Shown here piece after piece: positions 9,552 through 18,213 of a stretch of DNA of 64,000 nt (position 1 is the stretch's first letter; the number at the start of each line of letters is the position of its first letter). The stretch spans positions 160,001-224,000 of the forward strand of contig CBDCWG010000012.1 in assembly GCA_965223345.1 (NCBI GenBank), written 5' to 3'. The notes under the pieces are model-generated. The model made no database searches. It was not told where the DNA came from and saw only the letters and a program-made list of their open reading frames with translations. The translations under genes were made by a program, and so were the position numbers. This stretch comes from Nitrospinales bacterium. Lineage in GTDB: Bacteria; Nitrospinota; Nitrospinia; Nitrospinales; VA-1.

Positions 9552-10217
9552 ATGTATCGATACGACCATCCCCATCCGGCAGTGACCACCGACATCGCGA
9601 TTTTTACTGTGCGCGATGAGCAGTTGCAACTGTTGCTGATCAAACGCCGGGGAGAACCCTTTAAAGGGAAATGGGCGCTTCCGGGTGGTTTTGTGCAGAT
9701 CGATGAGGATTTGGAAGAAGCCGCAAAACGCGAATTGAGGGAGGAGACCGGTGTTTCGGGCATCTACCTGGAGCAGCTCTATACGTTTGGCGCCGTTCAA
9801 CGCGACCCGAGAGAACGGGTGATCACGGTTGCCTATTTTGCATTGATTCCATCAGAAAAACTGGAACTCCGCCCCGCCACGGACGCGGATGCCGTGGGCT
9901 GGTTTGCGATGAATGCACTGCCCGAACTCGCTTTCGACCACACGGACATCGTTGACAAGGCCTATGAAAGATTGCTCGCCAAACTGAGTTACTCGACGAT
10001 CGCATTTCAGTTCATGCCGAAAAAGTTCACGTTGAGCGAGCTGCAGGAAGTCTACGAAACCATCCTGCAGGAAAAAGTAGACAAGAGGAACTTTCGCAAA
10101 TCGATTCTGGCTCTGGATGCAATCGTTGAAACCGGAAAAGAAAAAAGAGACGGAGCCCACCGGCCCGCCAAATTGTACCGGCTGAAAAACCCGAAGAAAG
10201 TTGAATTTACCAAATAA
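9552..10217 (+). CDS. nrtR: Nudix-related transcriptional regulator NrtR
   Basis: N-terminal Nudix domain (WALPGGF...RELREETG, LAFDH) plus C-terminal wHTH (FTLSELQEVYE...DKRNFRK...HRPAKLY). Confidence 0.92.
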   Translation: MYRYDHPHPAVTTDIAIFTVRDEQLQLLLIKRRGEPFKGKWALPGGFVQIDEDLEEAAKRELREETGVSGIYLEQLYTFGAVQRDPRERVITVAYFALIPSEKLELRPATDADAVGWFAMNALPELAFDHTDIVDKAYERLLAKLSYSTIAFQFMPKKFTLSELQEVYETILQEKVDKRNFRKSILALDAIVETGKEKRDGAHRPAKLYRLKNPKKVEFTK

Positions 10218-10235
10218 ACACTGAGGAGTAAAACA

Positions 10236-11117
10236 ATGATCCGATACTACAAAGGTGAACCCAACAGCTACGTTATCTTGTATCAGCATGGTCAGATCAT
10301 AGAGCAGGGCCCGGGTTTGGCGTTCTGGTACACGCCCTACAACAAAACCGTAGCAGCGGTACCCATTGGCACTCAGGACGCTCCATTCGTCTTCAAGGAG
10401 ATGACGGCAAACTTTCAGGAGGTTGCGGTGCAGGGACAGGTGACCTACCGATTCGATGACCCCTTGTTCACGGCCAGGCATCTGGATTTTACAGTCGAAA
10501 CGAAAACACATCGTTACCGGCACGAAGATCCAGAGAAACTGGCGCAGCGGATCATCAACACCGTGCAGGCCTGCACGCGGACCTACGTCAACGAGTTGGA
10601 TCTGGAAGACGCGATTCGCGATGTCAAATTGATCACCGCCAGCGTGCTGGAGAGTATTCGCAAAGAAGAAGATTTAAAAGCATTGGGGATCGTCATTGAA
10701 AGTCTGCATATCAGCGGCATCAAGCCGAACCCGGACATGCAAAAAGCCCTGGAAGCGGATTACCGGGAAGGGCTGCAAAAGCGTGCGGACAAAGCCATCT
10801 ACGAGCGCAGGGCGGCGGCGCAGGAAGAGGAAGACAATCTGAAGCGCAAGGAGATGGAAACCGAAGTGCAACTGGAAGCGCGGCGCGAGAACCTGGTGGA
10901 AAAGCAGGCCAGGAATCATTTGACGCTGGCCGAAGCGGAGGCCAAGGGCGACGAGATGAAACTCAACCCTTACGGAACGATGACGCCGCAGGCCTTGATG
11001 GCGCTGGCCTTCAAGGATTGGGCGGCCAAGGGCGGCAACGTCAACCAGTTGAACGTCAACCCGGACCTTCTCAATGAGTTGCTGAAGATGTTCGGCGCTG
11101 CAAAAACCAGGGCATGA
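10236..11117 (+). CDS. SPFH/band-7 domain protein with C-terminal coiled coil (NrtR-associated)
   Basis: TANFQEVAVQGQVTYR SPFH core and an E/A/K/R-rich coiled coil; no clear N-terminal TM helix. Confidence 0.8.
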   Translation: MIRYYKGEPNSYVILYQHGQIIEQGPGLAFWYTPYNKTVAAVPIGTQDAPFVFKEMTANFQEVAVQGQVTYRFDDPLFTARHLDFTVETKTHRYRHEDPEKLAQRIINTVQACTRTYVNELDLEDAIRDVKLITASVLESIRKEEDLKALGIVIESLHISGIKPNPDMQKALEADYREGLQKRADKAIYERRAAAQEEEDNLKRKEMETEVQLEARRENLVEKQARNHLTLAEAEAKGDEMKLNPYGTMTPQALMALAFKDWAAKGGNVNQLNVNPDLLNELLKMFGAAKTRA

Positions 11118-11126
11118 GGCGGCATC

Positions 11127-12065
11127 ATGGCGGCCACATTTGAAAAAGCGGTGATCGTGACGCGTAAAACGGTGCTGGAAGAACTGGTTGAGCGATTCAA
11201 TACGGTTCCGCAGGCGCGTTTTTATCTGGAGCATGCCGGGCAGGATTTTGCCTCCATCCAGATGGCGCATGAACAGTACCAGGACGTGCTGTCAAACCTG
11301 CGCGGGAAAATACCGAAAGGTTTGAAGCAACAGATCATCGAAAGGGAAGTGCTGCCGCAGTTCATGTTCGATGAGCGCGATCTGGTCATCACCGTTGGCA
11401 TCGACGGCCTGGTTGTGAATACGGCCAAGTATTTAACGGAACAGCCCCTGCTCGCCGTCAATCCCGACCCGAAAACCATCGACGGCGTGCTGCTGCCGTT
11501 TACGGTAAAAAGCTTTTACAGGATCATTCCCAAAGTCGTGGCGGGCGAGTTCAAAGTGAAGACTATAACAATGGCAGAAGCGAAACTGACGGACGGCCAA
11601 ACTCAAATTGGTTTTAATGATCTGTTCATCGGCGCACAAAGCCACGTGTCCGCCAAATATCACATCCAGCAGGGCAAACAAGGTGAAGAGCAATCTTCCA
11701 GCGGATTGATCGTTTCAACGGGCGCGGGTTCCAGCGGATGGTTGCAATCCGTCTACGCAGGGGCGGCAGGGGTGATCACGGCGCTCGGTGGAACGGTAAC
11801 ACCTCAGAGGAAAAACGGGCAGTTCGAATGGGATTCCAATAAACTGGTGTATGCCGTGAGGGAGCCGTTCCCAAGCAGAACGAGTGCAACGAATATGGTT
11901 TACGGAATCATAACACCCGATAACCCCTTGCACCTCACCTCCCGAATGTCCGAGAACGGCGTTATCTTCAGCGATGGCGTTGAAAAGGATTATGTCGCTT
12001 TCAATGCAGGTGTGACCGCGACGATCGGCATCGCGGATCGCAAGACGAATCTGATCATTCATTGA
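11127..12065 (+). CDS. Divergent ATP-NAD kinase-fold protein (NrtR-associated)
   Basis: VGIDG (GGDG variant), FNDLFIG, SSGLIVSTGAGSSGW, FSDG. Confidence 0.8.
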   Translation: MAATFEKAVIVTRKTVLEELVERFNTVPQARFYLEHAGQDFASIQMAHEQYQDVLSNLRGKIPKGLKQQIIEREVLPQFMFDERDLVITVGIDGLVVNTAKYLTEQPLLAVNPDPKTIDGVLLPFTVKSFYRIIPKVVAGEFKVKTITMAEAKLTDGQTQIGFNDLFIGAQSHVSAKYHIQQGKQGEEQSSSGLIVSTGAGSSGWLQSVYAGAAGVITALGGTVTPQRKNGQFEWDSNKLVYAVREPFPSRTSATNMVYGIITPDNPLHLTSRMSENGVIFSDGVEKDYVAFNAGVTATIGIADRKTNLIIH

Positions 12066-12078
12066 GAACCAGAAAACT

Positions 12079-12264
12079 TCAGGCCCTTGTTTTTTTCGTC
12101 CCCGATGCGGCTTCGGCCTGCTGGCGCGCTTCGGCGGACAGCGTGACCCGGTCCACCTGCCCCTGAACGCTTTTGACCGGAACTTTTTTATTTAGCTCGG
12201 CGATGCGCGTCTGGTTCTGGTACACCTTGGAGATTTTTTCCAATCGAACTATTGAAAGGTCCAT
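12079..12264 (-). CDS. Small flagellar-operon protein with FlgM-like DxVxLS motif
   Basis: DRVTLSAEAR motif; last gene of the fliD-flgN run. Confidence 0.55.
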   Translation of the reverse strand: MDLSIVRLEKISKVYQNQTRIAELNKKVPVKSVQGQVDRVTLSAEARQQAEAASGTKKTRA

Positions 12265-12282
12265 CGTTCACTCTCGTGTGAT

Positions 12283-12759
12283 TCAAACGCTTTTGGAGAT
12301 TTTGGATTTGACCCGCTTCTCACTCGCATACCCCTTCAGCATGGTTTTGCCTTTCTTGACATCGAGCAGCTGATCCTTGACGAGGAACTTGCGCGCTTTG
12401 AGCTCCACCTGACAGTGGTCCTCCATCTTCACGATGCTCGTCAGAATTTCTTCCACTTCGCGGCGCAGCCCTTCGTTGGCGCGCGCCACCCGGCCCAGCT
12501 CGTCTGGCTTGAGCCCCAGCACGATCGTTTCCATGCGGCTTTCGACGCTCTGCGCCGATTGCAGCAGCACCTGCTTTTCTTCGATCAGCCCCTGCAGGCG
12601 CTTCTCGTCTTCAAGCTGGATGACAGCCACCTGCTCTTCCAGTTTGGCGAGCAACTTCTGGTAACAATCCTTCTCCTCCTGCAAACATTTTTCGATGACC
12701 GCTGCCGGATCGTCTGGATTCACGCTGGTCTCCTTTTGTTGGGCACCCCATGGTTGCAC
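12283..12759 (-). CDS. FlgN-like flagellar export chaperone
   Basis: Helical coiled-coil protein (L..LIEEKQ.LL...KGY) downstream of fliD; start uncertain. Confidence 0.6.
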   Translation of the reverse strand: MQPWGAQQKETSVNPDDPAAVIEKCLQEEKDCYQKLLAKLEEQVAVIQLEDEKRLQGLIEEKQVLLQSAQSVESRMETIVLGLKPDELGRVARANEGLRREVEEILTSIVKMEDHCQVELKARKFLVKDQLLDVKKGKTMLKGYASEKRVKSKISKSV

Positions 12760-12793
12760 GCGTCTGCTTTTTGCCCGCCGTCCCGTGCGCTCA

Positions 12794-14602
12794 TCACACC
12801 ACCGCGATCAGATTGGAAACTTCGGCGGCGCGGGCGTTCTCGCTGAACGCACGCACGCTGCGGCTCACGTTGGGATCGGTCTGGGCGGACAGCTCTTTTT
12901 GCTTGAGAGCGATCGCGCCGCTGTCCGGATCTAAAATCTGTGACAGACTGTTTTCGAGTACGGGAAGGATACCGGTTTCGGAATTCTCGAACAAGTCCAA
13001 AACTTCCTTCGGGTTGACGGTCAGAGCGCGCTTGAGTTTCACGCTGTCCACAGCCAGCGTGTCGTCATCGAGCGTGCGGATGCCGATGGCGTCCAGGCGA
13101 TCGAGCAACGCGCGGCCGCTGCGTTCACTCAAACCATTGGCAGCGTCGTTCGGCGACTGCGCAAACGCCGTCAACGCCACTTCCGCGACATTGTTTTTTT
13201 CGCCGTTCGCAACGGCAAAGCCGGTCAGGCTCTGGTTTTCCCGATTGGCGCGCACGCGGTCGATGTCCTGGTTGCGCGCGTCGAGATCCTGGGTTTTCTC
13301 CTGCGCCGTTCCGGTCAACGCGGTGCGTATCTCTTTCACATCCGCATCGCCCTGAAAGGTTTTCGATCCGGCCAGCAGGTCGTTCACATTGCGCACCGCA
13401 CTGTTGAAACGGTCGAACAGCGTCTCGAGGCTCGCCGCGGTCTGCGAGGCTTCGAGCAGCACCTCGATCTGCACTTTTTGTCCGGAGGCGCGCTTGACGG
13501 TTAGCGTGGTGTCGTCGATGACGTCATCGAAGCTGTTGAAGTGGTTGGTCTGAGTTTTTCCTTCCACCTCGATGCGGGCGGTCTGCGGATTGCGGATCAG
13601 GTTGGCGGGCGGATTGCCGCTGTCGAACTGCGTTTCCTTCTGCACCGAAAGTCCCTTGCGGTCGCGTTCGAAAAACCCGAGGCCGAGCAGCACGTCGTCC
13701 TCGTCGCGCAGGTCGATGCGCGTGTCGCCGCCGGCGACGCTGGTGAGGGTGAGACGGTTTCCGGTGACGCTCGCGATCACGCGCGTCTCCAGGATGCCGC
13801 CATCGAGCCGGCCGTTGCCGTTCGCATCTTCGGCGCCGTCGAGCGTGCCGCTGCCATTGAGATCCTCGTCCACGAACAGCGAACCACCGAATTCGTTGCC
13901 GGCAACGCCGTAGCTTTCGAGCACGCCGTTGGCGTTCACGTCCTCGGGACCGTCCAGCGTGCCGTTCTTATTCCGGTCTTCGCCGAAATTGATCTTGTCG
14001 CGGATGGAAAACAGCGAGTCCCCCGCCTCGACGGTCACTTTGAATCCGTTGATGAAAAAACTTCCGGAAAGCCCGAGCGCGCTGTCCGCCTGTTCGTCGG
14101 ACACCAGCACCTCGCCCGCCGCAAGACGGGTGGGGGTCACATCGGTGCGGGACAACGGGGCGTTTTCGCCCGCCGTCGCCCGGATGCTGTCCGGATCGCT
14201 GGAACGCGCGCTTCGCAAGCTGAGCGCTCCCGGCGCGAGCAGCTCACCGACCTTATCTTTCAGCACCGCCAGAGAATCGGCGAGTTCGCCGAGCCGCGTG
14301 ATTTTGAGTTCGCGGAAGCGGGCGTTGGCGTCGATGTTTTGCGAAACGGATGCCTGGGTGGGCGATGGGGTGCGGATGGAAAGCAGGCGGATCGCATCGC
14401 GCGCGCGCAGCGAAGCGATGGGACCTGAGGATTGCAGTGCAGGGGCTTTTTTGTTTACGAAGAGGGCGTTGAACAACAGGTCGCTGCGGTTGGGAACCGG
14501 GTCCGGAAGCGCCGCCGCGGGTGCAGCGGTTTTGGCGGCACCGGCTGCGTTTCCCAACGCAAAACCGGGCAGGGATGAGTTTTGCAAACCCGCAAGTTGC
14601 AT
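12794..14602 (-). CDS. fliD: Flagellar filament cap protein FliD-like
   Basis: SSDPDSIRATA, GDSLFSIRDKIN, N.FDDVI..TTLTVK, LDAIGI...LAVDSVKLKRAL..NPKEV.DLF segments typical of FliD. Confidence 0.75.
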   Translation of the reverse strand: MQLAGLQNSSLPGFALGNAAGAAKTAAPAAALPDPVPNRSDLLFNALFVNKKAPALQSSGPIASLRARDAIRLLSIRTPSPTQASVSQNIDANARFRELKITRLGELADSLAVLKDKVGELLAPGALSLRSARSSDPDSIRATAGENAPLSRTDVTPTRLAAGEVLVSDEQADSALGLSGSFFINGFKVTVEAGDSLFSIRDKINFGEDRNKNGTLDGPEDVNANGVLESYGVAGNEFGGSLFVDEDLNGSGTLDGAEDANGNGRLDGGILETRVIASVTGNRLTLTSVAGGDTRIDLRDEDDVLLGLGFFERDRKGLSVQKETQFDSGNPPANLIRNPQTARIEVEGKTQTNHFNSFDDVIDDTTLTVKRASGQKVQIEVLLEASQTAASLETLFDRFNSAVRNVNDLLAGSKTFQGDADVKEIRTALTGTAQEKTQDLDARNQDIDRVRANRENQSLTGFAVANGEKNNVAEVALTAFAQSPNDAANGLSERSGRALLDRLDAIGIRTLDDDTLAVDSVKLKRALTVNPKEVLDLFENSETGILPVLENSLSQILDPDSGAIALKQKELSAQTDPNVSRSVRAFSENARAAEVSNLIAVV

Positions 14603-14970
14603 GGTCTTATCGGCCGCTCGGCCGGCGTGGGAAACCTTTCAAGTGCCGGGGTGCGTCTGCCGATAAGAAAGCGTTCCAGCTCCTGGCTGGACAGGCACAA
14701 AAGCATTACGCCCGCCTCGCCGGCGTTGCGCGTGATAACTCGGCTGCGGTTTCCCCTGTTTGTGTGGGCAGCCCGGTTGGTTACCAGCAGGCTCCTTTTC
14801 AGGAACAACGGGGCTGATCCTTGCATCTTCCAGGAAGAGATGGGGGCGCCAACCTTTCCTTCTCTCCCGGAATGTTCACATCCTGCATTGTTTCGGTTTT
14901 AACCGTCTCCTCTAAGACGCGTTGACCTGTTAAGACCCGCTCGGCTCAGCGCTGGCGGGCGTGGCATTCT

Positions 14971-15747
14971 TCAGATCAAATCGTCGATATTCTGTCCCCG
15001 CTCCGTCTGCACGCTCGCAGGATCCGGCGCTTCGGCGCTTTCGTCGATCTGGCCGTCGCCGCTGGAGACGGTTTCCTCCGACCGGGTCTGCGGCTCCAGA
15101 CCGGTCGGCCCCGCCTGCACCACCCTCTGCGTTTCCACAGCCGGTTCGCGATCGCGCGCTTCCTGCGCGGCGCGGTCGCCTTGTTCACGCACGGTCTCAC
15201 TCACCTGCTGCGGTTCGATGCGCTCCTGATCGCGGGTCTCGAATTCGCGCAACGACTCCTGCGCGCCAGCCCGATCGTCTGCCCGCGACGCTTCGCTCTG
15301 AGCCGCTTCGCGCTGCACCTGTGCGGAGGCTGCGTTTTCCTGCGTCTCGATGCGGGTCTGCCGTTCCCGGCGGGACGCGTCTGCCGGTTCGACATCCACA
15401 GCGGCTTCTTCGAATCCGCGCACACCGCGCGCGTTGTCCTCTTCCAGATTCTCGATGACCTGGGCGGCGCCGCGTTCGTTTTCGTTGCGCTCCGCCGCTG
15501 AAACGCGGTTGCTGCGTGGACTGTCTTCGCTGCGGCCGGTGTCCTGCGTTTCGCGTTCGAGCAGAATCTGTTCTTCCGCGGTGCGGGTGCGCCGCGTCTC
15601 TTCACCCGCATCGGGTTCGCGGGTGCGGCCGGTTTCTTCGTTGTCCTGCGGTCTCTCCGCCGTTCCTTCGCCTGCATCCGGCCTGCGGCTCTGCAGGGGA
15701 TTGAGAAAATTCTGCGGATTGGCGGACGGTTCGCTCACCTGTGCCAT
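14971..15747 (-). CDS. Acidic low-complexity hypothetical protein, first gene of the sigma28 operon
   Basis: Strong RBS GGAGGAGGAG before ATG 15747; E/R/Q-rich; ends ERGQNIDDLI. Confidence 0.7.
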   Translation of the reverse strand: MAQVSEPSANPQNFLNPLQSRRPDAGEGTAERPQDNEETGRTREPDAGEETRRTRTAEEQILLERETQDTGRSEDSPRSNRVSAAERNENERGAAQVIENLEEDNARGVRGFEEAAVDVEPADASRRERQTRIETQENAASAQVQREAAQSEASRADDRAGAQESLREFETRDQERIEPQQVSETVREQGDRAAQEARDREPAVETQRVVQAGPTGLEPQTRSEETVSSGDGQIDESAEAPDPASVQTERGQNIDDLI

Positions 15748-15961
15748 GGATCGCTCCTCCTCCAAAAAGATTCGACAATCATCCGATGACCCACCCGATT
15801 TCTGCTTTTCCGCCTGCGTTAAAGTTTAAGCAATCGGGACCGTTAAGGTTATTAGGGTTTTTGTGCTCCGCCTTGATTTCAGTATAAAAGCTTTTGCGCC
15901 GAACGGGCGCTTTTTCAGCTCATTCTCCCTTTTTTCAAAAGGTTAGAGATCGGCGGTTTTC

Positions 15962-15988
15962 TTATCGGAGGAAATTTCGGAAACTTTA
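15962..15988 (-). promoter_or_regulatory. sigma28 (FliA) promoter
   Basis: Minus strand TAAAGTTT-N11-TCCGATAA, near-perfect FliA consensus, upstream of orf-fliD-flgN. Confidence 0.85.
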
Positions 15989-16087
15989 GCCGAAATTCAT
16001 ATTAAATTTTAATAAATAGGGATTTTTTTGGCGGCAGGCCGGGCGTGCAGGCGGTGAAAACCAAAAGATGCCTTTGAAATCGGTGTC

Positions 16088-16720
16088 TTAGTTGATTTCT
16101 CCGGGCGGGGGCAGGGTGTCTCCCGGTTGCTGGAACTGCGGCAGCATCTTCTCCCAGTCGCTGTAATAGGGCAGGATCTCGTATTCCAGCAGGTCGGCGA
16201 GCAGGATCCAGTCTTTATTTTTGTTGGCTTCCTCCATCTGCTGGATGAGGGTGATGAGCCTTTCCTGACGCTCCTTGACGGCGCCCTCGGGCATTTTTTG
16301 CGAACCGGGAATCAGGTCCACGGCTTTTTCCAGCGACTCCACCACCTGGGAAAACCAGTCCATGCCGTCGATGATGTTGATGAAAAACTGATTGGCTTCT
16401 TTTTCATCGCCGGACCGGAACAGCTCGGCGGCTTTTTCGATTCCGGGTATCAGCTTGTTGAGATACGCGCGGATGTTGGTCAGGTTCTTGTTGACGATCT
16501 GCGACAGCGAGGAGATTTCGGTTTCCAGGGTTTCGATTTCGGCGACAGGGGTGCGGCGGATGGGCTCGGAGTCGTGCGCGACTTCCTCCTTGTTCAGACA
16601 CACCCGGCTGAAAAAGTTTCCCAGCGCCGGTTTGCTCTGCAGGATGCCGTCGAGAAGCTCGCCCAGGGTGCTGCCGGTGTGCGGCCCTGGATGCTCTGCT
16701 CCATTGACAAATATTTTCAT
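16088..16720 (-). CDS. Hypothetical protein in the flagellar locus
   Basis: 210-aa ORF with helical C-terminus DWILLADLLEYEILP; has its own sigma70-like promoter. Confidence 0.75.
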   Translation of the reverse strand: MKIFVNGAEHPGPHTGSTLGELLDGILQSKPALGNFFSRVCLNKEEVAHDSEPIRRTPVAEIETLETEISSLSQIVNKNLTNIRAYLNKLIPGIEKAAELFRSGDEKEANQFFINIIDGMDWFSQVVESLEKAVDLIPGSQKMPEGAVKERQERLITLIQQMEEANKNKDWILLADLLEYEILPYYSDWEKMLPQFQQPGDTLPPPGEIN

Positions 16721-16798
16721 GGTTGCCTCGCTGGGAGCCGGGTCGGGGAGGCTGCTAGGACCCGGAATTTGAAGGACAGTCCGCTCGGGACCGTTTTC

Positions 16799-16866
16799 AC
16801 CTTAATGGGTCGCTTTGCCGATGTCAAAGACTTTCATTGACAGCGCCCGCATAAGGGCCTTAACGT
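16799..16866. promoter_or_regulatory. Back-to-back sigma70-like promoters
   Basis: Minus: TTGACA (16822-16827)-N17-TAAGGT. Plus: TTGACA (16837-16842)-N18-TAACGT. Confidence 0.5.
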
Positions 16867-16914
16867 GGAAGTGACTGGAATATTTTCTCTTTTCATACAG
16901 GGGGATGCTTTTCC

Positions 16915-17766
16915 ATGATCGAATCGTTCAATTCGGGCAACCTCACGCAGCTGTTCAACATCATCGAAAGAAACAAATCCGGTCTCGGGCGGACGCTGGA
17001 AAAAATCGCCTCCGGACGCCGGTTGAACCGCGCCGGTGAGGACGCTGCCTCCAACGCGATCGCCACGCGGCTGCGCTCGGACATCCGTGTGCTCACGCAG
17101 GGGGTGCGCAACGTGGAATCGGGCGCCAATTTCGTACGCACCGCCGAGGGCGGGCTGCAGAACATCTCCGATCTGGTGACGCGCGGCCGCGAGCTGGCGA
17201 TTCAGGCGAGCAACGGCACCCTGGGCGATGCGGAACGGCAGACCCTGAACCAGGAACTCACGCAGATCAAAACCGAGATCGACCGCATCTCCAATGTGTC
17301 CGAATTCAACGGACAGAAACTGCTCGACGGTTCTCTGAGCCCGGGCTCGCCGACGCAGGTGGACATCCAGGCGGGATCGGGCAGCGGACCGGAAAACCGC
17401 ATCAACCTCAACGTCATCGACGCGACCGACACGCAGACGCTCAACATCGACGGTACCGACATCTCGACCCAGGCCGGGGCGCTGAACGCCATCGCCGATT
17501 TCGAACAGGCGGGCGACACGCTGTCGGCGACGCGCGGGGAGATCGGCGCCACCTCGAACCGGCTGGTCATCTCCGGCAACGAGCTGGGAACGCGCATCGA
17601 AAACCTGACGCGCTCGGAATCGGAACTGGCCGATGCGGACCTGGCGAAAGAAATCTCCGACCTGCAGCGCGGCCTGTCCCTGTTTCAGACCTCCATCCAG
17701 AGCCTGGCCACCAGCCTGCTGCAAAACGAACAGGCCACCGGCAGGCTGCTCAACACGCGCATCTGA
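16915..17766 (+). CDS. Short flagellin-family protein
   Basis: KIASGRRLNRAGEDAA, RELAIQASNGTL, EFNGQKLLDG, RGEIGA..NRL, DADLAKE. Confidence 0.88.
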   Translation: MIESFNSGNLTQLFNIIERNKSGLGRTLEKIASGRRLNRAGEDAASNAIATRLRSDIRVLTQGVRNVESGANFVRTAEGGLQNISDLVTRGRELAIQASNGTLGDAERQTLNQELTQIKTEIDRISNVSEFNGQKLLDGSLSPGSPTQVDIQAGSGSGPENRINLNVIDATDTQTLNIDGTDISTQAGALNAIADFEQAGDTLSATRGEIGATSNRLVISGNELGTRIENLTRSESELADADLAKEISDLQRGLSLFQTSIQSLATSLLQNEQATGRLLNTRI

Positions 17767-17880
17767 CCCTTCCATATGCAGGCGATCTACTCTTGCAGAT
17801 AGACGCTTGATAAAAAAAGAAGAGCTGCTCTCCTCCTGTCCTCTCACTTCCCCTATTTAAATGCTTCATACAGTATTAAT

Positions 17881-18213
17881 CTATTGAGTATCCGCCCCCA
17901 CTACCTTTTCCAAAACTTTACTAGGAGAAAATATTTTTATTAAGCTACTTGGTATACCTAGAACCTTAAATGCAGCAATTGACCAAAACACCCCCAAATA
18001 CCAAGGAGAGATAATATAAGCGAACACTACACCAAGAAATACGGGAAACAATGGATTCAATATTCCTGTAATCATTTCGTAAATATCATCAAGCAGCATG
18101 ATAGAACCGCCTAAAATCCATAACCATTCAATTTCGACTATAATTCCTGAGAGAAATAAAGAAATCCCACTTAAATCTAATAAGCCTTGAAGAATAATAA
18201 TGGTTTTTTCCAT
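17881..18213 (-). CDS. Hypothetical membrane protein, very AT-rich
   Basis: 110-aa hydrophobic ORF with base composition far below the flanks. Confidence 0.65.
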   Translation of the reverse strand: MEKTIIILQGLLDLSGISLFLSGIIVEIEWLWILGGSIMLLDDIYEMITGILNPLFPVFLGVVFAYIISPWYLGVFWSIAAFKVLGIPSSLIKIFSPSKVLEKVVGADTQ

